Assembly (NCBI GenBank): GCA_963790385.1
Contig: CAWBOG010000004.1
Coordinates: 11,945 to 75,944 of the forward strand
DNA length: 64,000 nt
Source: an uncultured Ignavibacteriaceae bacterium
Lineage (GTDB): Bacteria; Bacteroidota; Ignavibacteria; Ignavibacteriales; Ignavibacteriaceae
Reading direction: 5' to 3'
Part shown: positions 30,648-41,628 of the stretch, one piece after another
Position numbering within the stretch: position 1 is the first letter of the stretch
How the letters are laid out: each line of letters opens with the position of its first letter
Program-made: the position numbers and the translations under genes
The notes under the pieces: model-generated
What the model saw: only the letters and a program-made list of their open reading frames with translations
The model's database searches: none
What the model was told of the DNA's origin: nothing

Positions 30648-31808
30648 ATGAAAAAATATTTACTCATTTTTGCTTTTTCTTTGCTGATTGCGTTCAATTT
30701 CTGTTCAAATAATAACGTAAATCTTAATGTCGTAATAACAGCAGATAATTTACCTGATGAATCAACAATTTTCATTACTGGTAACGATGAACAACTTGGG
30801 AATTGGCAGCCTGATTCCATTCAACTTGAAAAGAATGAAAATGGGACGTGGACAAAGAGTTTTTCATTTGAAAAAGGAAAAAAAATAGAGTTTAAAATTA
30901 CTCGCGGTAGTTGGGAAACTGAAGCACTAAATGATGATGGTTCAGTTCCTGAAAATTATTTGCTAGAACTTATGAATGACACAACTATTCAAATCAAAAT
31001 AAATCTTTGGGCTGATCAGGTTGAAAAAGCAATTGAAGGTCAGATTACGGGAACAGTAATGTATCATAAGAATTTTCAAGGGATGGGAATCAAACCGAGA
31101 GATATATTTGTTTGGCTTCCACCTGGATACGAATCAGATTTAACTAGAAAGTATCCTGTTCTTTATATGCACGATGGTCAAAATATTATCGATCCGAGTA
31201 CATCTTCATTTCATGTTGATTGGCAAATTGATGAAGCTGCAGATAGTTTGATTCGCCAGGGACTTATTGAACCGATAATCATTGTTGGCATTTACAATAC
31301 ATCAGACAGAAACGAAGAGTATTCAGAAGAACCGCTTGGATTAGCTTACATGAAGTTTATCATTGACTCTCTTAAACCATTTGTGGATCGAAATTATCGG
31401 ACACTTCCGGGAAGGGAAAATACAGCAAACGGGGGAGCTTCTTTAGGCGGACTAATTCCATTTATTTTAGCATGGGAACATCCTGAAGTTTTTTCCAAAG
31501 CAATTTGTTTTTCTCCAGCGTTTAAAATCGATAATTATGATTTTGTTGATAATGTAAGAAATTATAATGGTGAGAAAAAAAACATAAAGGTTTATATAAA
31601 CAATGGTGACAATGAACTCGATTCCCAGCTACAACCCGGTGTAGATGAAATGATAGCTGCATTGATCAAACAAAGATATAATCAAGGGAAAGATTTTTAT
31701 TTCTTTAAAAGCCAAAATTCACAACACGGTGAAAGAGATTGGGCAAGAAGTATTTGGCGAGCTTTAATTTTTATGTTTGGAACTGAAAAGGGAAACAGTT
31801 TACTTTAA
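30648..31808 (+). CDS. esterase-family alpha/beta hydrolase with N-terminal carbohydrate-binding (CBM20/48-like) domain
   Basis: 386 aa with a signal peptide. ITGNDEQLGNWQPD..W..F starch-binding-like module, then esterase blocks (PVLYMHDGQN, GGASLGG). Confidence 0.65.
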   Translation: MKKYLLIFAFSLLIAFNFCSNNNVNLNVVITADNLPDESTIFITGNDEQLGNWQPDSIQLEKNENGTWTKSFSFEKGKKIEFKITRGSWETEALNDDGSVPENYLLELMNDTTIQIKINLWADQVEKAIEGQITGTVMYHKNFQGMGIKPRDIFVWLPPGYESDLTRKYPVLYMHDGQNIIDPSTSSFHVDWQIDEAADSLIRQGLIEPIIIVGIYNTSDRNEEYSEEPLGLAYMKFIIDSLKPFVDRNYRTLPGRENTANGGASLGGLIPFILAWEHPEVFSKAICFSPAFKIDNYDFVDNVRNYNGEKKNIKVYINNGDNELDSQLQPGVDEMIAALIKQRYNQGKDFYFFKSQNSQHGERDWARSIWRALIFMFGTEKGNSLL

Positions 31809-32462
31809 TTTTTTCTCGAAATGCTGGTAATCTTTAAGACTTTTCCAATCACCACCCCATTGCCAATCTTTCTTTTTGAATTCTTTAACAAGATCTGATT
31901 CAGTAAATATTGTCCCGGCTTTTGTAGTATCATAAATACAATTCACAGGTAAACTGTTTCCGTTTTTTATGTAGGGATTGAGTTTTGGATTTATATCAAT
32001 TGCTAATCCTGAAGCATGATTGGAAATAACTCTCGTTCCGGAAATATACCTGTAATTAAATGCTGAGGTGTTGTTATCCTGCATTGATTTGTCATCTGAC
32101 CAGTCGTACTTGCTGATTGGAATTACTTTGTTAATTGGAAAACGGGTTTCTCTGATGAACTCAAAAATTTCAATTATATCCAGAACAACTTCTTTGTTAA
32201 CCACAAGCTGACCTTTATGAAGTTTCTCATCGAATCCGTAATAATAAACATCAACAATCCGGAGATTTTCTATAATGCTTTGTGGAATATTTTTACCGGA
32301 GACTGCTTGTTCAAAATCTATATTTGAATCAATTACATATCCGGTTTCTTCATTAGCGCTTTGAGTATAATTCTTTGTAAATCCGACGATTATGAAAATA
32401 ATCAGAAAAAAGATGCTCGGGAAAATGGTTTTGATTTTAAGCATGAGATTAAATATTGACAA
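31800..32462 (-). CDS. M15 family (VanX/VanY-like) D-Ala-D-Ala metallopeptidase
   Basis: 220 aa with an N-terminal TM/signal. HASGLAIDINP and WGGDW..DYQHFE zinc-ligand motifs. Confidence 0.7.
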   Translation of the reverse strand: MSIFNLMLKIKTIFPSIFFLIIFIIVGFTKNYTQSANEETGYVIDSNIDFEQAVSGKNIPQSIIENLRIVDVYYYGFDEKLHKGQLVVNKEVVLDIIEIFEFIRETRFPINKVIPISKYDWSDDKSMQDNNTSAFNYRYISGTRVISNHASGLAIDINPKLNPYIKNGNSLPVNCIYDTTKAGTIFTESDLVKEFKKKDWQWGGDWKSLKDYQHFEKKLK

Positions 32463-32594
32463 TAAATTGTACGATAATTATGATGAAAAGTAAAATTAGA
32501 ATTCCTTAAATCATAGGAAAAAATTTATACGCTTATAAAAGATGATGAATATTTTGAATATATTTCGCCTTCAAAAAAACTAAAAAGGATTAAA

Positions 32595-33431
32595 ATGAAA
32601 AAAGTATTGCTGGTCTTTGTTGTTATTATCACTGCTCTTTTTTTCGGCTGCAACAAAGGCCCTGAAGTTGTAACTCTTGAATCCGGATTGAAATATATGG
32701 ATGACTCACTGGGCACGGGCAGAGAAGCAAAAGATGGTGACCTTGTCTCAATTCATTTCAGAGGGTGGATGATACCAAAAGATAGTACCGGCGAATTATT
32801 CTCTGACTGGTCTACCGACCAAAGTAAGAATATGCTTTCTCTTGGCGATTCTAAAACAAGAAACCAACCGATTAAATTTGTTTTGAATTCAAGTTCATTC
32901 ATTAAAGGTTCTGATGAGGGAATTGTAGGAATGAAGACAGGTGGAATCAGAACAATAATAATTCCAGCTAGCCTTGCATACGGTGAAGCAGGAATTGGTT
33001 TCATACCTCCGAGCACTGATTTAAAAGTTGTGGTAGATCTTCTTGAAGTGAAAGATAAAGTGGTTGCAGAAATGTGGAAGGTTGATACAACTTTATATAA
33101 AACTACTGCCAGTGGAGTAAAATACGTTATCATCAGTAATGGTGATGGTCCAGCAGTTGAAGCAGGTAAAGTGATTACAGTTAGTTATTCTGGATATCTT
33201 TTAGACGGAACATTGTTTGACAGTTCAGTTGAAAGAGATGAACCAATTCAGTTCGCAGTCGGTCAGGGTCAGGTTATTCCCGGCTGGGACGAAGGATTGC
33301 TTCTCCTGAAAAAAGGTGATAAGGCAAGATTTATAATTCCACCTCAACTAGGCTATGGCGAGATGCAGCTTGAAAAAATACCTGCAAATTCTACTCTGAT
33401 ATTTGATACAGAAATAGTTGAAGTTCAATAG
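32595..33431 (+). CDS. FKBP-type peptidyl-prolyl cis-trans isomerase (two FKBP domains), lipoprotein
   Basis: 278 aa with LFFGCN lipobox and two FKBP cores (..V.V.Y.G.L.DGT.FDSS......F.vG.G.VI.GWDEG..MK.G....IP..LGYG). Confidence 0.85.
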   Translation: MKKVLLVFVVIITALFFGCNKGPEVVTLESGLKYMDDSLGTGREAKDGDLVSIHFRGWMIPKDSTGELFSDWSTDQSKNMLSLGDSKTRNQPIKFVLNSSSFIKGSDEGIVGMKTGGIRTIIIPASLAYGEAGIGFIPPSTDLKVVVDLLEVKDKVVAEMWKVDTTLYKTTASGVKYVIISNGDGPAVEAGKVITVSYSGYLLDGTLFDSSVERDEPIQFAVGQGQVIPGWDEGLLLLKKGDKARFIIPPQLGYGEMQLEKIPANSTLIFDTEIVEVQ

Positions 33432-33527
33432 ATAAAGAAATATAAGTATTCGATTTCATACGATCATACATTCATACAACCTTGACGGTTGTGTGGGTGT
33501 ATGTTTGTATGATTACAGTCGCTTCAT

Positions 33528-34271
33528 TCACTTCTTATTTTGTAATTCCCACAGCTTAATGTAATTCATCATTGTGCTCACGGAATGGAGAAACGAAATA
33601 ATTAATCCATGAACTCCGTCTTTAAATCCTCTTTTCATGAAATAGAAAGTAAAAAAAGCAGAAACTGTGTGTGAAAATATTGTCCATCCACCAATATTAT
33701 TCTTCTTTGTTAAAAGTTCTTGAGCTTTTAGGCTGGTGTAATAGTTAATTTTAGTCAGGTATTCAGTGAATGATGTAAATGTATAATGAAGCATGGGATT
33801 TTTAAGTGTAGCAACACTTCCATCAATAATAAATTTTTCGTGTACTAATCTATCGCTTAAGCTTACTTTATCTTTTTTTAACAGTCTTAACTGATAATCC
33901 TTTTCCCATCCGCAGCTTGTAATTTCCTTTTTGAGAAGAAAGTTTTTTCTGCGGATTTTAAAACCTGAATATACACCGGGATCCAGATTTAGAATCTCAT
34001 CTTTTAATTCAGGAGTAATTCTTTCATCTGCATCAACGCTTAATACCCAATCATTTTTTGCGAGGCTAAGTGCATATTTTTTTTGAGGAACATACCCTTC
34101 CCATTTTCGAGTGAAAACTTTATCAGTAAACTTTTTTACTAATTCGATTGTTTTATCTGAACTTTCAGAATCAATAACAATTATTTCGTCTGCCCACTCA
34201 ACACTTTTAAGGCATTCAGAAATATTTTTCTCTTCATTTTTGGTAATAATTATTATGGATATTTTATTCAT
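33528..34271 (-). CDS. family 2 glycosyltransferase (LPS-core WaaE/KdtX-like)
   Basis: 247 aa. ISIIIITKNEE...IIVIDSESSDKT...SVDADE (DxD) GT2 signature. Confidence 0.8.
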   Translation of the reverse strand: MNKISIIIITKNEEKNISECLKSVEWADEIIVIDSESSDKTIELVKKFTDKVFTRKWEGYVPQKKYALSLAKNDWVLSVDADERITPELKDEILNLDPGVYSGFKIRRKNFLLKKEITSCGWEKDYQLRLLKKDKVSLSDRLVHEKFIIDGSVATLKNPMLHYTFTSFTEYLTKINYYTSLKAQELLTKKNNIGGWTIFSHTVSAFFTFYFMKRGFKDGVHGLIISFLHSVSTMMNYIKLWELQNKK

Positions 34272-34296
34272 CTGAACATTCTTTGATTTGAATACC

Positions 34297-35168
34297 CTAA
34301 ATATAAAACTTTATAATGCTCAAAGCCTGTGTATAGTAGCTTCCTCCAAATAAGTTCAAATGATTAAGAATATGATATAGCTTGTAAATATTTTCTCTAT
34401 ACTCATATCCATCCTCAAGTGGAAATTCATCCTGGTAGGCTGAATAAAATTCGGGACTAAATCCTCCGAATAATTTAGTCATTCCAAGATCAGCTTCGCG
34501 ATGACCATAGTAGACAGCCGGATCAATTAAAATTACCGAACCATTTTCATTAGCCATATAATTCCCACTCCAAAGATCGCCGTGCAATAATGATGGCTTT
34601 TCATTTGAATCACCGATTATTTGCTGAATTTTACTTTCAAGTTTTGATATTCCTTTTCTCAATTCTTCAGTTGAATTGTTTAGCTTCTCAGTTAACTTAA
34701 GTTGAAATAAAATTCTTTTGTTGAAATAGAAATCAATCCAGCTAATCTTTTCCTTTTCATCGGGAATATTTTTCTGCGGATTTGAACCGATAAAATTATC
34801 TTCGTAAAATCCAAAGCTTTCAGAAGTAAATTTGTGCAACTTTGCAAAACATCTTCCGAATTCTTCGAAAAAATTTTTCTTTTTATTTCCGGGGACAATA
34901 TATTCAAGCAAGATATAATCTTCCTCAAATCCTAAAACTTCAGGAACTCTGATAGAATTTGATTTAGCCAGCTCCTTCAAACCGTTTGCTTCTTTAAGAA
35001 ACATATCATTTGATATAGATGGATTATATTTAAGAAAAAATTCTGACTTATCATTTGTTGTAATTTTATAAGTATCACTTATGCATCCACCTGACAGCGA
35101 ATTGAAGTTTTTAATTTTACTACGAGCTTTTCTTCAATTCTTGCTTTTATTTTCTCTTCTGATATCAT
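34297..35168 (-). pseudogene. fructosamine/ketosamine-3-kinase family protein, one frame break near 35085
   Basis: ORF 34297..35004 carries LLHGDLWSGN...IDPAVYYGHREADL. The N-terminus (MISEEKIKARIEEKL.. from ATG 35168, then ..SGGCISDTYKITTNDKSEFFLKYN..) lies in two further frames. Confidence 0.7.
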
Positions 35169-35637
35169 CTTCAATTTTGTTAAGTAATCCTTCGACTGAA
35201 TCTTCCAGAATATCAAGAACAAATTCAAATCCATCACTTCCGCTGTAGTAAGGATCTGGAACTTCATTTACTATTTGTTTTTTCGAAAAGCTAACCATCT
35301 TAAAAACTTTATCTTCGTAAAGATTTTTCAAATCGAGAGAAGTTATTTCAGAGTAATTGTTATCATCCATAGTTACGATGTAATCGAAATATTCAAAATC
35401 TTTATTGGGATTGAATTGTCGTGCCCGACTATCAAGTGTGTAACCTCTTTTAGCGGCATGCCTAATCATTCTTGAATCAGGTAATTCACCAGTGTGGTAT
35501 TTAAGTGTGCCTGCAGAATCAATTTCAATAATTCCGCTTAATCCTTTTTTCTCGGTTAGTTTTTTTGCGATTCCTTCAGCAGCAGGTGATCTGCAAATGT
35601 TTCCCATACAAACGAAAAGTATTTTTTTCTTTATCAT
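35134..35637 (-). CDS. low-molecular-weight protein tyrosine phosphatase
   Basis: 167 aa with P-loop CMGNICRSPAAE (CX5R) and the DPYY Asp-loop. Confidence 0.9.
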   Translation of the reverse strand: MIKKKILFVCMGNICRSPAAEGIAKKLTEKKGLSGIIEIDSAGTLKYHTGELPDSRMIRHAAKRGYTLDSRARQFNPNKDFEYFDYIVTMDDNNYSEITSLDLKNLYEDKVFKMVSFSKKQIVNEVPDPYYSGSDGFEFVLDILEDSVEGLLNKIEDDIRRENKSKN

Positions 35638-36065
35638 ATTATCTCTTCCCCAAATATTGTTACAACAATTTTTCTGCTACCAGAATGATTACGATGTTCA
35701 CAAAGATAAATTCCTTGCCACGTCCCAAGATTTAGCTTTCCTTCAGTTATTGGAATTGTCAATGAATTACCAATCAATGTTGATTTAATATGTGCCGGCA
35801 TATCATCTGATCCTTCAGAGTTGTGTTCGTACCATGGTTCATTTTCTTTTACAGTACAATTGAAGAATTTTTCCATATCAGATCGAACATCCGGATCAAA
35901 ATTTTCATTAAGTGTAATTGAAGCTGAAGTATGCTTAATCAAAATGTGCATTAAACCGATTTTAATGTTTACAATTTCCGGTAATTGACTCACCACTTCT
36001 TCAGTTACCAGATGAAAACCTCGTTCTCTTTGTTTTAATGATATTTCTTTCTGATACCAACTCAT
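35634..36065 (-). CDS. YjbQ/UPF0047 family (secondary thiamine-phosphate synthase-like) protein
   Basis: 143 aa. GL.HI.IKHTSASITLNEN.DPDV..D...F......HN.EG.DDMPAHIKS.L.G.S..IPI..G.L.LGTWQGIYL.EHR is typical of the family. Confidence 0.8.
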   Translation of the reverse strand: MSWYQKEISLKQRERGFHLVTEEVVSQLPEIVNIKIGLMHILIKHTSASITLNENFDPDVRSDMEKFFNCTVKENEPWYEHNSEGSDDMPAHIKSTLIGNSLTIPITEGKLNLGTWQGIYLCEHRNHSGSRKIVVTIFGEEII

Positions 36066-36472
36066 TTTATTTGTTCAACTTCAATATAAATACTGTTGGG
36101 AAACTTTAAATCTTTTATGCCTAAACATTTACCGTAAATAGTGACAGGTATGCCAACCGTTATTGTTGAGGCTTTCGCTTCTGTTTCCTTATTCATCAAT
36201 ATGCAGTAGAGTTTTAGTCGATCATTTATTGTTCTCAGTTCAAGCAGACTCTTATCAGTTTCGAATTGAAGGAATGATTTTATTTCTCCAGTTAGTTCTA
36301 TTTCTTTGTTAAGAAACTTTTTATCTGAAGCGGAAACTTCCGAGATATAACTGTTGACCAGCTCATCAGCGCTGACTTTTATAATTTTATCCTGGAGAAC
36401 AATAAAGAAAAGAACGAAAAGAATAAGCAGTAGCATAATAACGTTTGCATATTTCTTTTTCTTCTTTCTCAA
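36062..36472 (-). CDS. membrane-anchored OB-fold (tRNA_anti-like) protein
   Basis: 136 aa with basic N-terminus plus TM, then ..FLNKEIELTGEIKS......LYCIL....V.IYGKC.G pattern. Confidence 0.5.
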   Translation of the reverse strand: MRKKKKKYANVIMLLLILFVLFFIVLQDKIIKVSADELVNSYISEVSASDKKFLNKEIELTGEIKSFLQFETDKSLLELRTINDRLKLYCILMNKETEAKASTITVGIPVTIYGKCLGIKDLKFPNSIYIEVEQIK

Positions 36473-36523
36473 TTCTTTACAAAGTTTTTTTTTATGAAGA
36501 TTAAATTAATCCTTTAAATCAGA

Positions 36524-36549
36524 AAAGGCGAATCAATTGATTCGCCTTT
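36524..36549 (-). terminator. perfect 26-nt palindrome terminator downstream of 36598 gene
   Basis: aaaggcgaatcaattgattcgccttt. On the minus strand it is followed by tctgatttaaagg; lies 49 nt past the stop at 36598. Confidence 0.6.
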
Positions 36550-36597
36550 AAATTATCTAACTCGCTTCGTATTCAGGAAAGGTTAGGATTGCGTTTT

Positions 36598-39360
36598 CTA
36601 CTTCAACAGCAACATCTTCTTCGTGCTCATAAAATCTCCTGCTTTTAATTGATAAAAATAAACTCCGCTCGGTAGGGATACTGCGTTGAACTCTACTTCA
36701 TATCTTCCTGCTTGTTTATATTCATCTACAAGTGTTAGTATCTCACTTCCAAGAACATCATAAATTTTTAAAGTTTGCCAACTGCCTACTGGAGACTGCC
36801 AGCTGATTTTTGTACTTGGATTGAATGGATTTGGGTAGTTCTGCTCAAGTGCAAATTCTGTTGGCAAAGTTGTTTCATCTTCAACACCTACAGGTATTCC
36901 ATTAAACTCATCCGCTCCGATATCGGGAGTTGTTAGGTGCCTTGTCTGTCCATCAAAATCAAAGTTGATATCTGTAATTGGAATGCCTCTTGATTCTAAC
37001 AACGTTTCCTCGTTCTCTGCTATATGAAGATAAGGATCAACAAAGTTTGGCATTTCAGTAACGCTGTTTGAATCTATACCTGTTGCCTGCCAATCTGCGA
37101 GTGTGTTGTACTTAGTGCTTCCAATTCTTACCAGACAATTATTTGGATTTGCATTGTCATAGTACAGATCATTATAATCTGATGTGAGGTTTGTAGTTGA
37201 GTAATCATAAATTGCAGATGCACAGTAAGGTGATTCATCTCTGGTGTTTACAAGTATATTGTTTTTTATATCGGCATCTGTTACTCCGGCATAAATATAT
37301 AGTGCAGCTGAACCAAGTTGGTTTGCTCCGGTTCCCGATAGGTAAATTGAGTTATAATAGACTTTGGGATTATTTTGATATTGTATCTGTATTCCAGCTA
37401 CTCTGCTATTAGACTGATTTGATGTGCTATGAATATCGTATATCATGTTGTTATAAACATAGTTATCATTCCCGGGACTACCCGCTACACCGTAGACAAC
37501 TATTCCCGAACTCGTAAAACCTGAAATCCCCCTAAGATTGTGTATAACATTATTTCTGATAATAGTGCCCGAACAAACACTCGAGACTATTCCTGCTGTT
37601 AAGTTATCTGTTCCACTTATTGTTACTTTCAAATTCTGAATGATATTATTTTCAATAATGGTATTTTCACCCTGATAAACCTGTATACCATACGAAACTA
37701 AGCTATCTGCCGCTGAACCTATTTGATTTCCTCTAACGATATTCCCCTTAGCTTTTATTATCGATGAAGGAGATACTATAAAAATTGCAACACCCGCCTT
37801 CTTTACAAAGTTGTTTTGAATTAAATTACTGTCTGGTGCAAATGAGCCTGTCTGATTATACCAGAAACCGAAACCACTTGCTCTTGAATTATCTTCTATG
37901 ATGAAGTTAATATTCTGAATTATGTTATGGTCTGAATTATTTATGAAGTCTAAAGCATCATTATAAACAAAGCCTGCGTTTTGCTGTGCATGAATGGTTA
38001 AAGTGGTTGGACCTGTTATATTAACCCCATCAAACGTTACATAGCTGGTATTTAATAAATAAAGTACACCTTCTTATTTCCTTCAATTACTACATTCTTG
38101 TTCTCTGCAGGTTTAATAGTTACTCTGCTGTTTGGTCCTGCACCAGGAATTGGTCCATTAAGTTGAAAACCGAATTGAACTGTTGATGTTGTGTAAAGCT
38201 CATCAATCAGTTCAAGGGTAACATTTCCAGCAACTCCATCGGTGCTAAGTTTATCAAATGCTTCCTGAATTGTTGCGAAGTTACCACCGTTACCGACTGT
38301 GTAAGTTCCGGGTAATAGAGGGGGACTAAATAAAGATGTTGCCAGACCTATTCGCCATAAAGAGCCGTTATAACCGCTGGTAACCACATAGAAAGTGAGT
38401 CATCCTTAAATAAGACTGAATCACAGGCAAGTTGGTAATCATCCCACCCGGTTGAAGAAGCAACGAGTACCGGATTGCTTGAAGATTTAGTCCAATCAAT
38501 TCCATTGACCGATGTGGCTAATCCAACTTTGAAAGCTCCCCAAATGTCAGTTGTGCCTGTATACCACATATAGTAAGCATTATCTAGAAGTAAAATGCTT
38601 GGCATTAAAATCCAGGTATCATCCCATTGACCTAAAGCACCGGGTTCAAAGGACAGGATTTTTAGGATGATCTTTTTGCCATGAGATACCATCAACTGAT
38701 GTTGCATATCCAAGTGACAAGGCACCGTTAGTCCATGCCGTAGTATAGCCGGTATACCACATTTTGTATCCTCCGGTAATTGGCATCACACTGCAAAACA
38801 TTACCCCGCCAGCTTCCCAGGGATCAGTTCCAGCCGACAGAATAGGATTTGAGGGATATCTTTAGTCCAGTTAATTCCATCAGGTGAAGTTGCATAACCG
38901 ATAGCTTCTGGGTTTATCATCTCCGCCAGAATACCACATTTTGTATGAACCTCCCTACGTATTACAACTGGTTTTTCTACAGTGTGCGAATCCCAATTTC
39001 CCGGATGAACCTGGAGTTAAAACCGGATTAGGATTAACAGTCCAGGAAATTCCGTCATTAGACTAGGCGTAATCCAATTTTATATGGTCTCAACGAATTG
39101 CCCTGATGATTTATCGGATGCACCAGAACCACATTTCATATCCAATAGAATCTGAATTGTATACAACAAACGGCGTAAATACTTGTCTGTTCCACGAACC
39201 ACTTGGACCTCACTGTAAGATACTGGATTACCCTGGATACTTTGTCCAGTTTACCTGGGCAAGTAAATCACTATTGCTCAAAACCAAACACTGTAATGAG
39301 CAACAACAGTTTGAAAGTGAACTTTTTTCCCGCTTTGCGGGATTTCGTAAGACTCAACAT
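36598..39360 (-). pseudogene. decayed paralog of 41702..44421 (beta-propeller + beta-helix + T9SS sorting domain)
   Basis: The C-terminal ~480 codons (36598 to ~38040) are open and collinear with the paralog. Upstream pieces 38052..38387 and 38348..38725, and the 38725..39360 stretch, match paralog segments (..WDDT.I..PSI..DN.YYMWYTGT.., ..QVNWTKY.GNP..) but lie in shifting frames with stops. Confidence 0.7.
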
Positions 39361-39415
39361 AAGAACCTCCTAGTTATGGTTGTTAAATAATTAATTAAAT
39401 ATTTATCCTGGCTTT

Positions 39416-39462
39416 AACCTTCAAGGTTGCTGGTTGTAAAACTTTCTTTAACCTTGAAGGTT
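39416..39462. promoter_or_regulatory. two copies of a 13-bp perfect palindrome AACCTT(C/G)AAGGTT, candidate operator pair
   Basis: Copies at 39416..39428 and 39450..39462, each embedded in TTTAACCTTSAAGGTTGC, 34 bp centre to centre. They lie 56-102 bp upstream of the 39360 start. Confidence 0.35.
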
Positions 39463-39534
39463 GCACACACTGAATTTTTTGTTTGTCCTCATAACTCCTC
39501 CTTTAAAAATTATTTTACAGAACCCCTCCTTTGT

Positions 39535-39557
39535 CCTCCCCTTTATTAAAGGGGAGG
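39535..39557 (-). terminator. 10-bp-stem hairpin just downstream of the 39576 stop (REP-like/terminator)
   Basis: CCTCCCCTTT-att-AAAGGGGAGG. No clear T-tract follows on the minus strand. Confidence 0.35.
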
Positions 39558-39575
39558 AACGAGGTAGGGTTCCTT

Positions 39576-41586
39576 TTATTTGAGCAAAATCATTTTCTTC
39601 GTATTGATGTAGTCTCCAGCTCTCAATTGATAGAAATAAACTCCGCTTGGTAATGCCGACGCATTAAACTCTACGGTATGATATCCTGAATTCTTATCTT
39701 CATTTACCAGCACTGCTACTTCTTCTCCAATTGAATTGAGAACTGTAATCTTAACGTTGTTCTTTTCTTTAATTCCGTATCCGATTTTTGTTGTTGGATT
39801 GAAAGGATTAGGATAATTCTGTTCAAGCATATAGGAATTGAATATTCTTAACTCAATTTCAATGATATCTGAATATTCATATCTGCCCAGATAATCAATC
39901 TGCTTCAGGCGGTAAGCGAATTTACCATCAGAAAGAATTTTATCTTTGAATGTGTAATCTTGTCTTTCGGTTGTTGTTCCTTTTCCATTAACAAAACCAA
40001 CTGAAGCGAAATCACTTCCTTCAAAACTTCTTTGCACTTCGAACAACTGGTTATTTAGCTCTGTTGCAGTGGACCAGTTAAGAATCACTTCTTTACCATT
40101 TGAAGTTGCAGTAAAAGATAGTAACTCCACGGGAACCATACTTGTATCGGTGATAAAGCTGTAATAAACATCCTGCTCACCATTGAAAGTAGCTGCCCAG
40201 GCCAGATGAACACCGTTATTGATGGATTCCATATCGAAGTAATCACCCATCTTATTCTGGTTAGGCCAGCCCACGTGAGGATCGAAATAATCAGAAAGTC
40301 TTTTATTTGGCAACCAGGTTACTCCTCCGTCCGCTGAATTTGAGTAATATAGAGCTGACAAATAAGCTCCTGGATTATCACGTGTATCTAACCAAATAAC
40401 ATCTATCCTCCCATTCGGAGCAACTGACATAGTGCCGAACCATTGATAAGCTGAAGTATCGACATCATCATTAATTCTAATCGGTGAACTCCAACTTTCA
40501 CCACCATCAGGTACTACGGGCAAACATCACATCAAGGGGATCAGGATTAGAATATCTCGTAACTGAACATAGCAGATAAATATTTCCGTGATAAGGACCG
40601 TTTGAAGTATCAACAGCTATTATTGTTTGACCAAGTAAGCCTCCGGGATTTGGCCCAATACTGAATGCAATTGAACCATCCAGATCTACAACTGTATTCA
40701 TATCCCAGTCTACAATTTGAGAGGGATCTTGTGCATTTAAAGATTTTGCAAAAAGAAAAATCCATCCTAGCGATCCACCGATGTACAGCTCGCCTTCGGG
40801 ACCAGCAACAAGAGTACCCCAGTAAGGGTCATTCGGGATTGTGACACAATCCTCAAAGCTTAAACCATTATCAATCGATCGTGTAAAAAAACCTGGATAA
40901 CAAATGCTGAAATTCACATTCCAGTAAGAATAGATATGCCCTGTTCCGGTACCATTCGTTTTATCAATTGTCATCCATTGCTTATCTCCTCCCTGAGCAA
41001 AAGTTCCATTATCCCAGGAGAATCCTCCGGTACTTGATTTGAATACATGGCACCAATAATTACCGCTACCTGATGTTAAACTGTTATAATAAAAATTTCC
41101 ATAAATATCATTATCCAGTACGGGATCAGATCTGAAAACACCTGGCTCAATCACTCCTGGAAATGTCCAACTCTGTCCACCGTTTGTTGTATAACCATAT
41201 CCTGCTTGTCTAAAATTGCTCGCGATTGTATTAAACTGTCTCCAACCTATAGCCATTCTGTTCGGATCGTTGCGATCAATGGCAATCGATGGCTCATTAG
41301 CAGCATCACCTACTATATTTTGTCCGTTTGCATCTACATTAACTTGAGTAGTGGTGATACTATTCATTGAATAATTATAAGCAGGTGATCTTCCCTGACT
41401 ATCCCTTAAATTCGGTACATAATTATCATCCTTAAATTCATGATGAGAAGTCGGATCAGTTGTGTTATTTTTTTTCTGGTTTGATTGGGAGTATATCAAA
41501 CCAGGGACAATGAGTAGAAAAATAAAAAGAAAGAGGAATGATCGTAAATACCAATACGATCTGTTTAATCTAATTATTTGATTCAT
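39576..41586 (-). pseudogene. BNR/Asp-box (sialidase-like) beta-propeller protein with Fn3-like domain and T9SS sorting domain; one frame break near 40515
   Basis: ORF 40507..41586 has a signal peptide and Asp-boxes (TTNGGQSW, SSTGGFSW, SIDNGLSF). ORF 39576..40523 continues with SADGGVTW, VPVELLSFTAT...YRLKQIDYLGRYEYS and NYPNPFNPTT...KKMILLK. Confidence 0.75.
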
Positions 41587-41628
41587 TTTATATTCTCCTA
41601 GTTACAGATGATTAAAAACTTTTATTTC

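Noticed and set aside
33455-33515. Imperfect inverted repeat (catacattcatacaacc ttgac ggttgtgtgggtgtatgtttgtatg) between the convergent FKBP and GT2 genes
   Set aside because: A bidirectional terminator is plausible, but the pairing is imperfect and I cannot evaluate its stability by eye, so it is not listed as a feature.
39106-39390. Plus-strand 94-aa ORF
   Set aside because: It is antisense to the N-terminal region of the decayed paralog, whose minus-strand translation matches the signal peptide and first blade of 41702..44421.
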